Both the position numbers and the translations under genes were made by a program. The notes beneath the pieces were generated by a model. It was not told the DNA's origin. It was given only the letters and a program-made list of their open reading frames with translations, and did not search any database. This document shows positions 20,085 to 30,618 of a stretch of DNA of 64,000 bases, one piece after another (the first letter of the stretch is position 1; each line of letters opens with the position of its first letter). Source of the DNA: Cyanophyceae cyanobacterium (GTDB lineage: Bacteria > Cyanobacteriota > Cyanobacteriia > Cyanobacteriales > JBHJGN01); the NCBI GenBank assembly GCA_050331735.1, contig JBHJGN010000051.1:1-64000 (forward strand), given 5' to 3'.

Positions 20085-20331
20085 ATTCGGATTCAGGTGA
20101 GACCCCTTCCCTGTGGTTCAGGACTCTATAGACCAAGATTGTCTCAGAGCGTCGGTAATTGACGGCAAATGATGTTCCCTTGGACCATGAACCTGAAGCA
20201 GCGATCGCTCAAAAATCTCTTCCACTGACGGGGTTGAGCGATCGCACATAGTATGACCGCTAGCTCTTTCTAGAGCAAAATACTTCGACTGCTAATAAGC
20301 TTGGTTAACATGCTTATTTGACTATCTTTGT

Positions 20332-21567
20332 CTAGCGTAAGAGCAGCAGCACCGCTTGAAACACCCCAACCAAAAAGCCAAGGAATCCCCCAAGGTTAAC
20401 AATAGCCTGAAGTTCATTTTTAACAATCCCCTGCGTTGCTTCTTCAAGCTGTTCTGGGGAAGTTGCCCGAACTTTCTCGACAATGACTTCATCCAAAGAC
20501 AGGATGGGAATAGCTTGCTCAACCAGTTTTTCTAAATCTTCTTCTAAATATCTCTCCAGAATCAAGGCGAGTTCTTTACTGATCGCTTCTAGGGAAGAAG
20601 TGACGGCGGTCGAAGACTGTAGTCGGCTAATAATTAACACCGCCACTCCATCCCAGTCAATAGACTGCCCTAACTCTTGCAGTACTTCGGCTCCTTTTGC
20701 CTGAATATAGCTACGCACGGTTTCGCGGGTGGTTTTTCTGAGCTGCCGTACCGTAGACAGGGGCAAATTTTGTAAGGACAATTCTTTGAGCCAGTTGCGC
20801 AGGCGATCGCGCACTTCTAGCGTGAGAATGAGTTCCTGTAGACGAGCGTTGGCTACTTCTTTTTCATCGAGGCAAAATGCGCGTAAGCGGGTCAAAGAAT
20901 TACGCAGCCCAAACAAATTCGCAACCACCCAGTAGGTGCCGCTGGTTCTCTCTCGGAAACCTTCATCAATAATTTGAATATTGCGATCGCTTAGAAAATC
21001 CACGAGCGCCTGACGCAATAGATCTGGAGGCAGGACATCCTTGATCAGCCAGTCTGAAAGTTTCCTCGCTTGGAGATCGCTTAGCTGAAACTCAAGGAGA
21101 ATCCGATCGAAAATTTGATTAATCTGAGCCTCTAAAAAATCCTCGCGGCGGGACAGCACTTTGAGAACGCGGGGCAGCGATTCTCCAAATAAATCCCGTA
21201 AAATTCCGGCTAAGATTTTAGCAGTTTTCTGTTCCTTATCTTCTCGAATCTGCGAGAGGGCTAACTGAAGGAGCCACAAAATCGCTCCCTGAACGCGCTC
21301 TGTTTGTAGTAAACGCCGCGCTAGGTTCTGAATTTCCTCTGGCGTGAGCAGAGATTTCATAATTGTATTGGCCACGTTTTTAGCCAACCGTTCCTGACTG
21401 CGCGGGATCAGTCCCGGCGTGAACGGGAGCTGCTGCTTGCCGATATAGAGGGGTTTATAGGGGCGAAACAGCATTTTAATCGCTAAATCGTTGGTGAAAT
21501 AGCCAATGATTGCTCCCGCTACGGGAGGAACCACAAAAATCCAGAGACTTGTTAACTCCACAGCCAT
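20332..21567 (-). CDS. DUF445 family membrane protein
   Basis: [26 protein letters not shown] and C-terminal [17 protein letters not shown]. Confidence 0.9.
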   Translation of the reverse strand: MAVELTSLWIFVVPPVAGAIIGYFTNDLAIKMLFRPYKPLYIGKQQLPFTPGLIPRSQERLAKNVANTIMKSLLTPEEIQNLARRLLQTERVQGAILWLLQLALSQIREDKEQKTAKILAGILRDLFGESLPRVLKVLSRREDFLEAQINQIFDRILLEFQLSDLQARKLSDWLIKDVLPPDLLRQALVDFLSDRNIQIIDEGFRERTSGTYWVVANLFGLRNSLTRLRAFCLDEKEVANARLQELILTLEVRDRLRNWLKELSLQNLPLSTVRQLRKTTRETVRSYIQAKGAEVLQELGQSIDWDGVAVLIISRLQSSTAVTSSLEAISKELALILERYLEEDLEKLVEQAIPILSLDEVIVEKVRATSPEQLEEATQGIVKNELQAIVNLGGFLGFLVGVFQAVLLLLR

Positions 21568-21624
21568 CTAAAACTTATTCGGCAAGCGGTGACTTCAATT
21601 CCGATACTTATTTTCCATTATCTC

Positions 21625-22332
21625 TCAAGCGTTCGTCAGTACCAAAACTCCCATAATGCCGCCCGCGATTTTGTAGTGGGTTGCCGACTCAAAACCAGTC
21701 TGACAGGCTAGCTTAACCTGTTCTTTACTAGTGGGAAATCGCTCTAGGCTCGGCGCGATATAGGCGTACTCTTGGGTCAATCCAAAGCTTTGAGCCGTTG
21801 GCACGACTAAGTTTTGTAAATACCACTGCTGAAAAGCCTGCATCAGTGGCTGGCTTGGGCGATGAAAATCGAGGATGGCTGCCGTTGCTCCCGGTTTTAA
21901 CACTCGCCTTAGTTCTTGCAAACAGCGAGGAATATCGGTAACGTTCCGCAACCCATAGCCCATTGTCGCGCAGTCGAAAAAGTTTTCTGCAAACGGCAAG
22001 CTCAACGCATCGGCTACTATCCAGTCAATAGCAGCAGTTCTCTGGGAAGCGATCGCCAACTGTTCTGGTGAGAAATCTACCCCGACAACTTTCCCCGTCT
22101 TCCCCACCCGCTGCGCCAGCAGCAGCGCCAAATCTCCGCTACCGCAGCACAGATCCAAAGCTACATCTCCCGCTTGGGGTTCGCACCACTTCACCGCCAT
22201 CAGCTTCCAGACGCGATGCAGCCCAAAACTAAGGCGATCGTTGAGGCGATCGTATACGGGCGCAATGCGGTCAAATAAAGCTTGAATGTCTGAAGAGGAA
22301 GGCTGCCTGTTTACTTCTGCTTCGGGTGGCAT
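21625..22332 (-). CDS. menG: Demethylmenaquinone/phylloquinone methyltransferase (UbiE/MenG)
   Basis: FDRIAPVYDRLND, LDLCCGSGD, GYGLRNV and LRRVLKPG. Confidence 0.85.
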   Translation of the reverse strand: MPPEAEVNRQPSSSDIQALFDRIAPVYDRLNDRLSFGLHRVWKLMAVKWCEPQAGDVALDLCCGSGDLALLLAQRVGKTGKVVGVDFSPEQLAIASQRTAAIDWIVADALSLPFAENFFDCATMGYGLRNVTDIPRCLQELRRVLKPGATAAILDFHRPSQPLMQAFQQWYLQNLVVPTAQSFGLTQEYAYIAPSLERFPTSKEQVKLACQTGFESATHYKIAGGIMGVLVLTNA

Positions 22333-22336
22333 TAGC

Positions 22337-22933
22337 TTACTCCATACCTACATAGTTGGGATGAGATGCTATTCTAGCCAACCAAGCCTGAATCGCTGGA
22401 TATTTTGAGAGCTCAAAACCACCTTCTTGAGCTACGTGCGTGTATCCGTACAGAGAAATGTCTGCTATCGTCATCTGTTCGCCTACTAAATAGGAAGTTT
22501 GAGCCAGTTGCGTCTCCATAACAGCTAACGCCCGATAACCTCCCTCCTGTTTAGATTCATACTCGGCTTTTCTATCTTCTGGTAAGCCGAGATACTTAGC
22601 AATAAACCGGGCTACGGCTATATAGGGTTCGTGACTGTACTGCTCAAAAAATTGCCATTGCAGCACCTTCGCCTGAGCAAAATTCTCCTTTGGGAGATAT
22701 TCACTATCCTGAGCTAAATAGTTGAGAATAGCATTCGATTCCCAAAGGGTGCGTCCGTCATCCAACTCTAGAAGAGGAATCTTCCCGTTCGGATTTTTGG
22801 ATAAAAATTCGCTAGTTTGAGTTTCGCCAGCTAAGATATCCACATCAATCCATTCATGCTCAATATTTAGAAGAGATGTGAGTAGCTTGACTTTGTAACA
22901 GTTACCGGACTGAATATCTCCGTATATTTTCAT
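22337..22933 (-). CDS. Glutathione S-transferase family protein
   Basis: SGNCYKV, NPNGKIP, ESNAIL and TIADI. Confidence 0.9.
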   Translation of the reverse strand: MKIYGDIQSGNCYKVKLLTSLLNIEHEWIDVDILAGETQTSEFLSKNPNGKIPLLELDDGRTLWESNAILNYLAQDSEYLPKENFAQAKVLQWQFFEQYSHEPYIAVARFIAKYLGLPEDRKAEYESKQEGGYRALAVMETQLAQTSYLVGEQMTIADISLYGYTHVAQEGGFELSKYPAIQAWLARIASHPNYVGME

Positions 22934-22980
22934 TGACTTCTAAATTTTTAAATTTTCTTTCATTAGTAGACTAGATTGAG

Positions 22981-23730
22981 TCATTTTGCCCGGTTGACGC
23001 TTGCCTGGTTGACGTAGGCTCCATCTATTATTGTCGGAACGCAATCACTGACATTCAATTCTGCTGCCAATTCAACATCGTGCTCAAAGCCTCGCTCAAG
23101 TAGTTCCCTCCCAGAACCACATTGCTTGAGCAAACCCCCTAGGCTTTGTTGAACTCCCAAATAGGCGTAGACGGCAGCTTGTGCCTCTGGAGATAACCGT
23201 CCCTGAAGATCGTTAATAATCGCTCCTGCACCAATTAAATCCTCAAACGAAGGACGAAGACTGCCATCATGCCATCTTTCCCCGGCTGGCACAACAGTAA
23301 TATGTTGACCATAGGTCATTGCAGAATGGGCGATCGCCTCAGCATTTCTCAAGCACCCAGTCAAGGTTGGAGTCGTTCCCGTAGCCAAACTCAGGGATGA
23401 ACCATTAAGAGAGGGAAGCACTAGCCGAGTTCCCGTTTCAATTTGTAACAGTGATGCTGGCGAAAGTGAATAACTGCTACTACCACGCTTGTCTGCCAAT
23501 TTTGCACCAACAGAGCGAGCGAATGCTTCTGCTGTTTCATTTCTACTCGGACAAGGGAAAACAATAGCTCCTCGGCTGCTGGCAATGTCGATACAGGTTG
23601 AAAACGAGAGAACATCAACAATAATAATGACATCACTGATAGGAGCTAATGTTAAAACTCCCTGCTTTCCCCACTCACAGCGCACTTCAAAATCAGCTTG
23701 GTCAAAATTCATCACGTAATTTGGTATCAA
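22981..23730 (-). CDS. 2-phosphosulfolactate phosphatase (ComB) family protein
   Basis: IIVDVLSFST, SLSP, SLNGS and EDLIGAGAI. Confidence 0.8.
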   Translation of the reverse strand: MIPNYVMNFDQADFEVRCEWGKQGVLTLAPISDVIIIVDVLSFSTCIDIASSRGAIVFPCPSRNETAEAFARSVGAKLADKRGSSSYSLSPASLLQIETGTRLVLPSLNGSSLSLATGTTPTLTGCLRNAEAIAHSAMTYGQHITVVPAGERWHDGSLRPSFEDLIGAGAIINDLQGRLSPEAQAAVYAYLGVQQSLGGLLKQCGSGRELLERGFEHDVELAAELNVSDCVPTIIDGAYVNQASVNRAK

Positions 23731-23823
23731 TTAACTCTATGACGGCAAAAATACCACTTTGGCTTGTCAATTTGTAAAGCAGCAGCAGACTAGGATCAAT
23801 TTAACAACTTTGATCCTGATTAA

Positions 23824-24900
<1,077 letters not shown>

Positions 24901-24976
24901 GCAGTATTCGGTGACTGACCCTTTTTGCTATGATTGGATGTGATGAAGGGGTTGGTTTAGCCTCTCCTTCAATTTT

Positions 24977-25295
24977 GGGGCTGTGGCTCAGTAGGATAGA
25001 GCAAGCGCCTCCTGAAGTATCGGGCACCATGAGGGAAACTTTATGGATGAATGTGGTCAAATTCAGGGAAGCCTAAGTCTAGAGGATAGGGTAATCCTGA
25101 GCCAAGCTTTACTGTCCCCGGTAGAGAAGGTGCAGAGACTGGCTGTAGAGAGTCAAGGGGAGTAGTCATTCCTCCTACAGCGTAACGGCCACCACCTAAG
25201 AGCAAGTTGCTTAGGGTGAAGGGATAGTCCAGAGAGTGGGGAAACTCACACCAATCTGAAGCGCTAGGTCGCCGGTTCGAATCCGGCCAGCCCCG
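24977..25295 (+). tRNA. tRNA-Arg(CCU), split by a group I intron (exons 24977-25013 and 25259-25295)
   Basis: Joined exons give GGGGCTG TG GCTC AGTAGGATA GAGC A AGCGC CT CCT AA GCGCT AGGTC GCCGG TTCGAAT CCGGC CAGCCCC G, a complete cloverleaf with CCT anticodon. Confidence 0.93.
25014..25258 (+). ncRNA. Self-splicing group I intron (IC3-like, 245 nt, no homing endonuclease)
   Basis: Starts after exon U and ends in G. P1 CCU/GGG has the U.G splice pair. Core elements AAATTCAGGGAA (P), AATCCTGAGCCAAG (Q), GTGCAGAGACTG (R), GGGATAGTCC (S). P3 GTGGTC/GGCCAC; P9 GTGGG-GAAA-CTCAC. Confidence 0.92.
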
Positions 25296-25296
25296 T
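25279..25296 (+). repeat. attL core (tRNA 3' end) GAATCCGGCCAGCCCCGT
   Basis: Matches 38029-38046 at 16/18. Confidence 0.85.
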
Positions 25297-25351
25297 AGAA
25301 ACAACCTCACATAGCTTAGTATACGGTACTTATCGCTGTATACTCTGAAAA

Positions 25352-25370
25352 TTACTACAGAATTACTACA
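25352..25370 (+). promoter_or_regulatory. Putative integrase arm-type sites, 2x TTACTACA at 11-bp spacing
   Basis: TTACTACA at 25352 and 25363. The same pairs recur near attR. Confidence 0.7.
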
Positions 25371-25371
25371 C

Positions 25372-26622
25372 ATGGTTTCTGTATCTTCAGCCTCAAGTAG
25401 CTATGTGAGAGTGACCCAGAACAATGGGTATCTCCGCCTACAGTTCAATTCCGGTTTAAGCCGTCAGGTTTACAACAAACGTCAGTTTTACAAAGGCTTA
25501 GGCAAGTTAGACACATCAGAAAACCGTAAGTGGGCAGGACGGATAGCGGCTCGCATCGAGGCCGACCTGCTCCATCCAGACGCGGAGAACCTGTTTGACC
25601 CAACGCTTAAGAAATATCTGGGGGTAGGAATAGAGATTGCCGCAGCTGCGGATAGTCAGTCGATTCTGCTTGAGGAGTTATGGACCGACTACTGTGACTA
25701 CAAGCTGAAGACAGGGCAGATCTGCGAGACAACCTATAAGACTATCTACAGCAGAAGTTATAGCAATTGGCTCACTCCCTATCTCAAAGAAACGATTAGT
25801 TCAGAGCTAGCGGAACGTATCGTGTTCGAGCTGCTCAGCAAGAATGTCCACAGAGGAAATCTCAAAAAGCTGATATCGGCCCTTAAGTCTGCTTCCGACC
25901 GGGCGATCGCTCAGGGCAAGCTCAGCCAAAACTATTTTGTCGGATTAGCCGACAATATCAAAACGATCAAGAAGTCACAGCAGCTAGCAGATGAAGAAGA
26001 CTTCAGAGCCTTCAGTAAAGATGAGCGTGATCTGATTATCGACACGTTCATTGCGTCAGATAGAGCTTCGGAACGTCATATAGCGCCGTTGATTGGCTTT
26101 CTGTTTCTCACTGGCTGTCGGGTGGGAGAAGCGTTTGCTCTCCGGTGGAGCAACATTAAGACAGACTGGATTATCTTTGAGGAATCCTACTCTAGCGAGA
26201 CTAAGATTACTAAAAGTACAAAAACCAACACAGTTAGAATCTTTAGAACCAGAGGATATAGCCGGCTGCGATCGCTACTGGCAGTGCTCGGCAAAAAAAC
26301 TCACGGACCGAACGATTTTGTGTTTACGACCATAACGGGCAAGCAGTATAGTCGGCACAAGCTTAGCGCTGCCTGGATTGGCTACGACAATCGCAAGCAC
26401 GGTAAAGGTTCCTATTATCCTGGCGTTGTTGCTCGGTTAGTGCAGCAGGGAAAGCTAGCTCAGTATCTTAAGCCATCGGCTACGCGGCACACTTTCATTT
26501 CGCTTCAGGCCCATAGCGGCACAGACCTAAAGCTGTTGGCTGACTCCGTAGGAAATAGCGTGGACGTTATTTATAACCACTATCTTGGAGTCAACCGAGA
26601 AGCCACGATCGCTAACGTCTGA
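25372..26622 (+). CDS. Tyrosine recombinase/phage integrase with N-terminal arm-binding domain
   Basis: FLTGCRVGEAFALRW (catalytic R), TKT (K), ATRHTF, VGNS and IYNHY (catalytic Y). N-terminal GYLRLQF...GL..DT.ENR..A..IA.RIE.D arm domain. Confidence 0.95.
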   Translation: MVSVSSASSSYVRVTQNNGYLRLQFNSGLSRQVYNKRQFYKGLGKLDTSENRKWAGRIAARIEADLLHPDAENLFDPTLKKYLGVGIEIAAAADSQSILLEELWTDYCDYKLKTGQICETTYKTIYSRSYSNWLTPYLKETISSELAERIVFELLSKNVHRGNLKKLISALKSASDRAIAQGKLSQNYFVGLADNIKTIKKSQQLADEEDFRAFSKDERDLIIDTFIASDRASERHIAPLIGFLFLTGCRVGEAFALRWSNIKTDWIIFEESYSSETKITKSTKTNTVRIFRTRGYSRLRSLLAVLGKKTHGPNDFVFTTITGKQYSRHKLSAAWIGYDNRKHGKGSYYPGVVARLVQQGKLAQYLKPSATRHTFISLQAHSGTDLKLLADSVGNSVDVIYNHYLGVNREATIANV

Positions 26623-26890
26623 GAATAGCTTTAGCAAACTGTCGAGCCTGCTTAGCCGTTTTGCTCTGGCGACCGACCTTAAAATGTTGACTAATCAGAT
26701 TTTCAATGTCTTTGTCGGGTAGCTGACTATCGCTTGTTACAGTGATTGAGTGACCTTGATCTATTTGATGAGCAAGCTCCAGGACTTGAGGAGCGATCGC
26801 TTCTGGCAGTCGATAAAGCTTCGTTTTGCCAGACTGCCATTTAGAGGCAAAGGAAACAAGGTTTTCTTGTTTAGGATTGGGGTTAGCCAT
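26612..26890 (-). CDS. Small putative DNA-binding protein (RHH-like; possible regulator or directionality factor)
   Basis: MANPNPKQENL...KWQSGKTKLYRLPEAIAPQVLELAHQID beta-alpha pattern, convergent with and overlapping the integrase stop. Confidence 0.55.
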   Translation of the reverse strand: MANPNPKQENLVSFASKWQSGKTKLYRLPEAIAPQVLELAHQIDQGHSITVTSDSQLPDKDIENLISQHFKVGRQSKTAKQARQFAKAILRR

Positions 26891-27080
26891 TGGCGTGTAA
26901 CAGAGAAACAATGGTTAAATCATACCACAATCACTTTCTCTTGTAACAGTGAATAGGTTGCTATTCGTTTAACTTGAAGTGTATTAAGGTAAAGAATCAG
27001 CAAATAACCGCAGTACTGCCGCTTTTTGCCGATTCTGGGGGAAAACTAAGACCGATACCTCTTAGTTCCTCAAAAGTATT

Positions 27081-27383
27081 ATGTCAGCCCTAGCGACTAA
27101 TCAAATTCCCACTTCTGTCGATACAGCAGAGCGTTTGCTTTCCTACTCAGCTCTTATCCTCGCTCGCGTTAATCCTGATTTGCGAGTGTTGGAGGTGGCT
27201 GGACGGACGCAAAAAGCCGTTGAGGTCGTCGTTACTCCAGCCGATGATGGTTCTTACCGTTTAGTGATTCGCGCTTCGCTTGCCCTAGCTCCCGATTTCG
27301 CTTCCGATACCGCCACGCCGTTTTTCCTCAAGACTCAAGAGCTATCTAATATTGCTGTTCCCTCTGGTTTCTTGGTCGCGTAA
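27081..27383 (+). CDS. Element hypothetical protein (100 aa), first gene of putative structural operon
   Basis: ORF coupled to the next gene by TAATG overlap; no family recognised. Confidence 0.7.
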   Translation: MSALATNQIPTSVDTAERLLSYSALILARVNPDLRVLEVAGRTQKAVEVVVTPADDGSYRLVIRASLALAPDFASDTATPFFLKTQELSNIAVPSGFLVA

Positions 27384-29695
27384 TGGTTTTAGCTTTTATT
27401 GCACCCCCACCACCGCCGCCGGGGTTGGGACTTGGCGGTGGTATAGGACTAGGCTCTGGGCTTGGCAGCCTTGTTGGGGGCGGGATTGCGGGGGGGTTGG
27501 CCGGCTTTCTTTGGGAATTAGCGTTTCCCCCTCCCGTTGCCGATGCGACCGTATCGGGAAATCTAGACTTGCTCACGCCACCCGCACCGCCGCCGCCAGT
27601 AACGACAGTAGGACCACCGCCGTTTACGGGCGGTCAAGATGCTAATGCTGAATATCGCGTTGTGCTTCAGTGGACCAATCGCACCGAATATAATTCAGGA
27701 ACAGTTACGTATTTTTCACAAACCAAAACCTATTCATCCTTAGACGGAAAGCTAGTCGGTTTCTACACTTGGGACCGAGGTGACGGACGACTTAATCTGT
27801 CTTTTCGCTACCGCTCGGGCAATAGTGGTGTTACCTTGACGGGTTGGTATCCTCGGTACTACAGCAACAAAACAATTTATCCGGATAGCTATGCCGTTTT
27901 AGAAGTAAGTCGTACTGACGGGCAACCCGACACCAGTGGCGCTCCGCCAGGAGTCCCGCAGCAACAGCAGCTACCGCCCCCACCAAGACCGCCAATAGTT
28001 TTCAACCAAACCTTTAATAACACAACAAACAATTTTGCGGGTCCGTCGTCACCACCGCCGCCACCATCTGAACAGCGATCGCCTACTCCACTAGGACGGG
28101 GCAACGCCGGTTCGTCAGGTGCTAGTGGCGCACCAGGAGGACCAGGACCAGACGTGTATCAAGGGGGCGCGGAATGGGGTGGAGCACCACCGCCTCCACC
28201 GCCTCAGTTTTTCTTCCCTGGAGTAAGAACTGTTGGGGGAGGAATCGGTTTTGGAACTGGCACGGGCACAGGTACGGGTACAGGCACAGGCACGGGCACA
28301 GGAAGCGCTTCTAGTGGAGCGCCAGAAGGATTAGGCGATCGCCAACCCGAAGGCTTGTCAGGGGGGCCGCAGACGCGCACCCGCTACGAGAGAAGGCCAA
28401 TAACTCAAGACATTGGTGCTGAAAGAATTAAGCAAGAGCAGGAACAGTGGAAGCTCGAACGAGGCTGGAATCCTGAGACTGGACGATGGGAAACAGTCAG
28501 ACGAAGCGGACAATCCTTCAATACCGGGACGCAGACCGGCACAGGCACAGGAACAGGGACGCAGACCGGCACAGGCACAGAAACAGGGACGCAGACCAAT
28601 CGGAGGGAGATTAGCGACTATTTTCCAGACTTTAAGCGGGGCGATATTATTCAGCCGCCGCCATTGCTATTTCCGCCGCCAGCTTTAGACATAAAAGATG
28701 GGTCTAAAGCTGGCAAAAAAGCGATTAATGGTCCTGAACTAAGCGATCCGCCAACGCAGGGCAAACCGTCAAGCTGTAATAATCCAGGAACCTGTAGCGG
28801 CAAAATCCTAGACGGCATTAGCGACATCAAAAAAGATGCGGCCAATAACGCCAATGCTTTACTACAGGGACTAGACCTATCATTGCTTGGAGTTATTAAC
28901 AACAAGCTGGGGCCGCAGCTACCAGACGGAGGCATTAGCTCGTTTATGCAGCGAGCTTGGAAAGCAACACATATGGACAAAGCACTCAATGCTCTTAATA
29001 CCTTGCTCTTGCTTCACAATGCTGCCCTTTTGTCCCGCAGCCTGGTAGAGACACTATCGGAGCTAACCGGACAAGCATTACAGATTATCGGCATCACGGA
29101 TGAAAACGAAAGCCAAATTGATATTCACGGCCTTCTTACCAATCGCCTAGAGTTCATCGCTCGAAACGTAGTAGGAGATGATGTCTATGAGGGCGTTTCC
29201 GAAACGTGGCATAAGGCCAGCCGCATCACTAGCGCCGCTGCCAATCTCATGTGGTCAGTGCGGAGCATCATGGACAGCACTCAGGAGATCGGAGAATGGA
29301 CAGCGGAAAACGTAGGCATTATTGGTAATGCCCTTAAACGCTTCCGCGTCGTGCCGCCTAACGCCTATCGCTGGATGAGCGAGAATGTTAACGCCCAGTC
29401 AGGAATTCGCCGTCGCTTCCAGCGGGTAAGAGAACAAATTGACACTGTTGATGATGTGGCTGGTTCTTTGCAGGGTGTTTTAAGTGAGGTACGTAGCGTT
29501 CAGGAAGAGTTTAACGAATGGGATGAGAACTTTACTCGCTTTAAGGACGAGGTGAAAACGTTGGAACCCAAGAGTAAGGAAGACAACGAGCCGATTCTAG
29601 CTCAGTCGCAGCAGCGAGAAACCGCCTCGCAGCCGCCAACTAGCGTTGCAGATGTCGCAAGAGGAGCAGGAGGACAAAACGATGGCGCTACCTGA
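27383..29695 (+). CDS. 770-aa Pro/Gly/Thr-repeat protein (candidate adsorption or DNA-delivery protein)
   Basis: Gly-rich hydrophobic N-terminus, Tyr/Trp-rich beta domain, poly-Pro and (GT)n linkers, helical C-terminal third. Confidence 0.7.
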   Translation: MVLAFIAPPPPPPGLGLGGGIGLGSGLGSLVGGGIAGGLAGFLWELAFPPPVADATVSGNLDLLTPPAPPPPVTTVGPPPFTGGQDANAEYRVVLQWTNRTEYNSGTVTYFSQTKTYSSLDGKLVGFYTWDRGDGRLNLSFRYRSGNSGVTLTGWYPRYYSNKTIYPDSYAVLEVSRTDGQPDTSGAPPGVPQQQQLPPPPRPPIVFNQTFNNTTNNFAGPSSPPPPPSEQRSPTPLGRGNAGSSGASGAPGGPGPDVYQGGAEWGGAPPPPPPQFFFPGVRTVGGGIGFGTGTGTGTGTGTGTGTGSASSGAPEGLGDRQPEGLSGGPQTRTRYERRPITQDIGAERIKQEQEQWKLERGWNPETGRWETVRRSGQSFNTGTQTGTGTGTGTQTGTGTETGTQTNRREISDYFPDFKRGDIIQPPPLLFPPPALDIKDGSKAGKKAINGPELSDPPTQGKPSSCNNPGTCSGKILDGISDIKKDAANNANALLQGLDLSLLGVINNKLGPQLPDGGISSFMQRAWKATHMDKALNALNTLLLLHNAALLSRSLVETLSELTGQALQIIGITDENESQIDIHGLLTNRLEFIARNVVGDDVYEGVSETWHKASRITSAAANLMWSVRSIMDSTQEIGEWTAENVGIIGNALKRFRVVPPNAYRWMSENVNAQSGIRRRFQRVREQIDTVDDVAGSLQGVLSEVRSVQEEFNEWDENFTRFKDEVKTLEPKSKEDNEPILAQSQQRETASQPPTSVADVARGAGGQNDGAT
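28526..28597 (+). repeat. 30-bp coding tandem repeat x2.4 (GTQTGTGTGT)
   Basis: gggacgcagaccggcacaggcacag(g/a)aaca at 28526 and 28556, partial copy at 28586. A hexamer (Gly-Thr) run also lies at 28253-28303. Confidence 0.85.
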
Positions 29696-30512
29696 AGGCT
29701 TTAGCGAAGCAGAAAACTTACAGGACGTAATTACTCTGGTTGTTAATAAAGAAGTCCGCCAGTGGTTCAGTGACGTAGACCTAAACGAAGCGGACCCCGA
29801 TCTGGGTAATGACCGGGCGCGGCTGCGGTGGGCCTGCACTCACAAGGAGCAGGACACTATTGACATGACCATCTTACGGCTGCGGCTGTTTGATACCGTC
29901 TGCGGATGGGCACAAGAAGGATTGGGAAAATATTACGGGATGCCGATCTATGACTTTGACATGAACTTCCGCTATAAGCCGCAGATCTCTTTGCACTTCT
30001 GGGAAGACAGGCAGGATGTCGCTGACGGCATGTACCCAGTTAGAAGCAGAATCAGCTTCCGGCTGATGGGAGAAACCAGCGAAAACATGACTAGAGCAGA
30101 AGTTGAACGCTTAGCAGACCGCATTGACCGGAGCTTTAACGTTGGAAGCGGTTTCATTTGGCGCAGAGGCAAGGACATGCTTACCTATAATGACCGCGAT
30201 CGCGGCTACTGGATGCAAATTTTGTGTCGCTCTCAAGCCGAAGGACGGCGAGTAGTAGAACAGGTGCTTGATGTACAGCAGCATACTCCTGATTGGTCGC
30301 TTGCCGCCTACAAGGAAAATTTGGAACCGACACAGGCTTATCCGACCGTCCCGCCGCCGATGCGAATCTTAAATGAAACCTACCGAGAACCGCGCCGCCG
30401 TCCTATCGCCGATGTCCGCTTTCGCTATGCTTTGCTGCATTTATGGGGAAAGCCGTATCCGGTAACGCTTGTAGACAACACGAATCAATTTAGAGACGCT
30501 ATTGCCTCTTAA
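29682..30512 (+). CDS. Element hypothetical protein (276 aa, MALPEGFSEAENLQD...)
   Basis: ATG at 29682 preceded by AGGAGGA and overlapping the upstream stop; globular alpha/beta composition. Confidence 0.75.
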   Translation: MALPEGFSEAENLQDVITLVVNKEVRQWFSDVDLNEADPDLGNDRARLRWACTHKEQDTIDMTILRLRLFDTVCGWAQEGLGKYYGMPIYDFDMNFRYKPQISLHFWEDRQDVADGMYPVRSRISFRLMGETSENMTRAEVERLADRIDRSFNVGSGFIWRRGKDMLTYNDRDRGYWMQILCRSQAEGRRVVEQVLDVQQHTPDWSLAAYKENLEPTQAYPTVPPPMRILNETYREPRRRPIADVRFRYALLHLWGKPYPVTLVDNTNQFRDAIAS

Positions 30513-30618
30513 GTCAAATTTACAAAAAATGACGCAAACCCTTAAGGGCTTGCAATACGATATTCGCTGGCTTTCAGTGCCATAGTGGGCGTATTCATTC
30601 GATTACACGCTTTTACTT

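Noticed and set aside
20092..20197. SRP RNA, 6S RNA or a known riboswitch
   Set aside because: I could not find the SRP helix-8 motif or other family signatures. Kept only as an unassigned structured segment.
25041..25373. 110-aa minus-strand ORF as a homing endonuclease or other gene
   Set aside because: It is antisense to the intron core and tRNA exon, with no LAGLIDADG, HNH or GIY-YIG motif.
28253..28597. Repeats as a CRISPR array or DGR template/variable repeats
   Set aside because: They are in-frame Gly-Thr coding repeats without unique spacers, and there is no cas or reverse transcriptase gene in the window.
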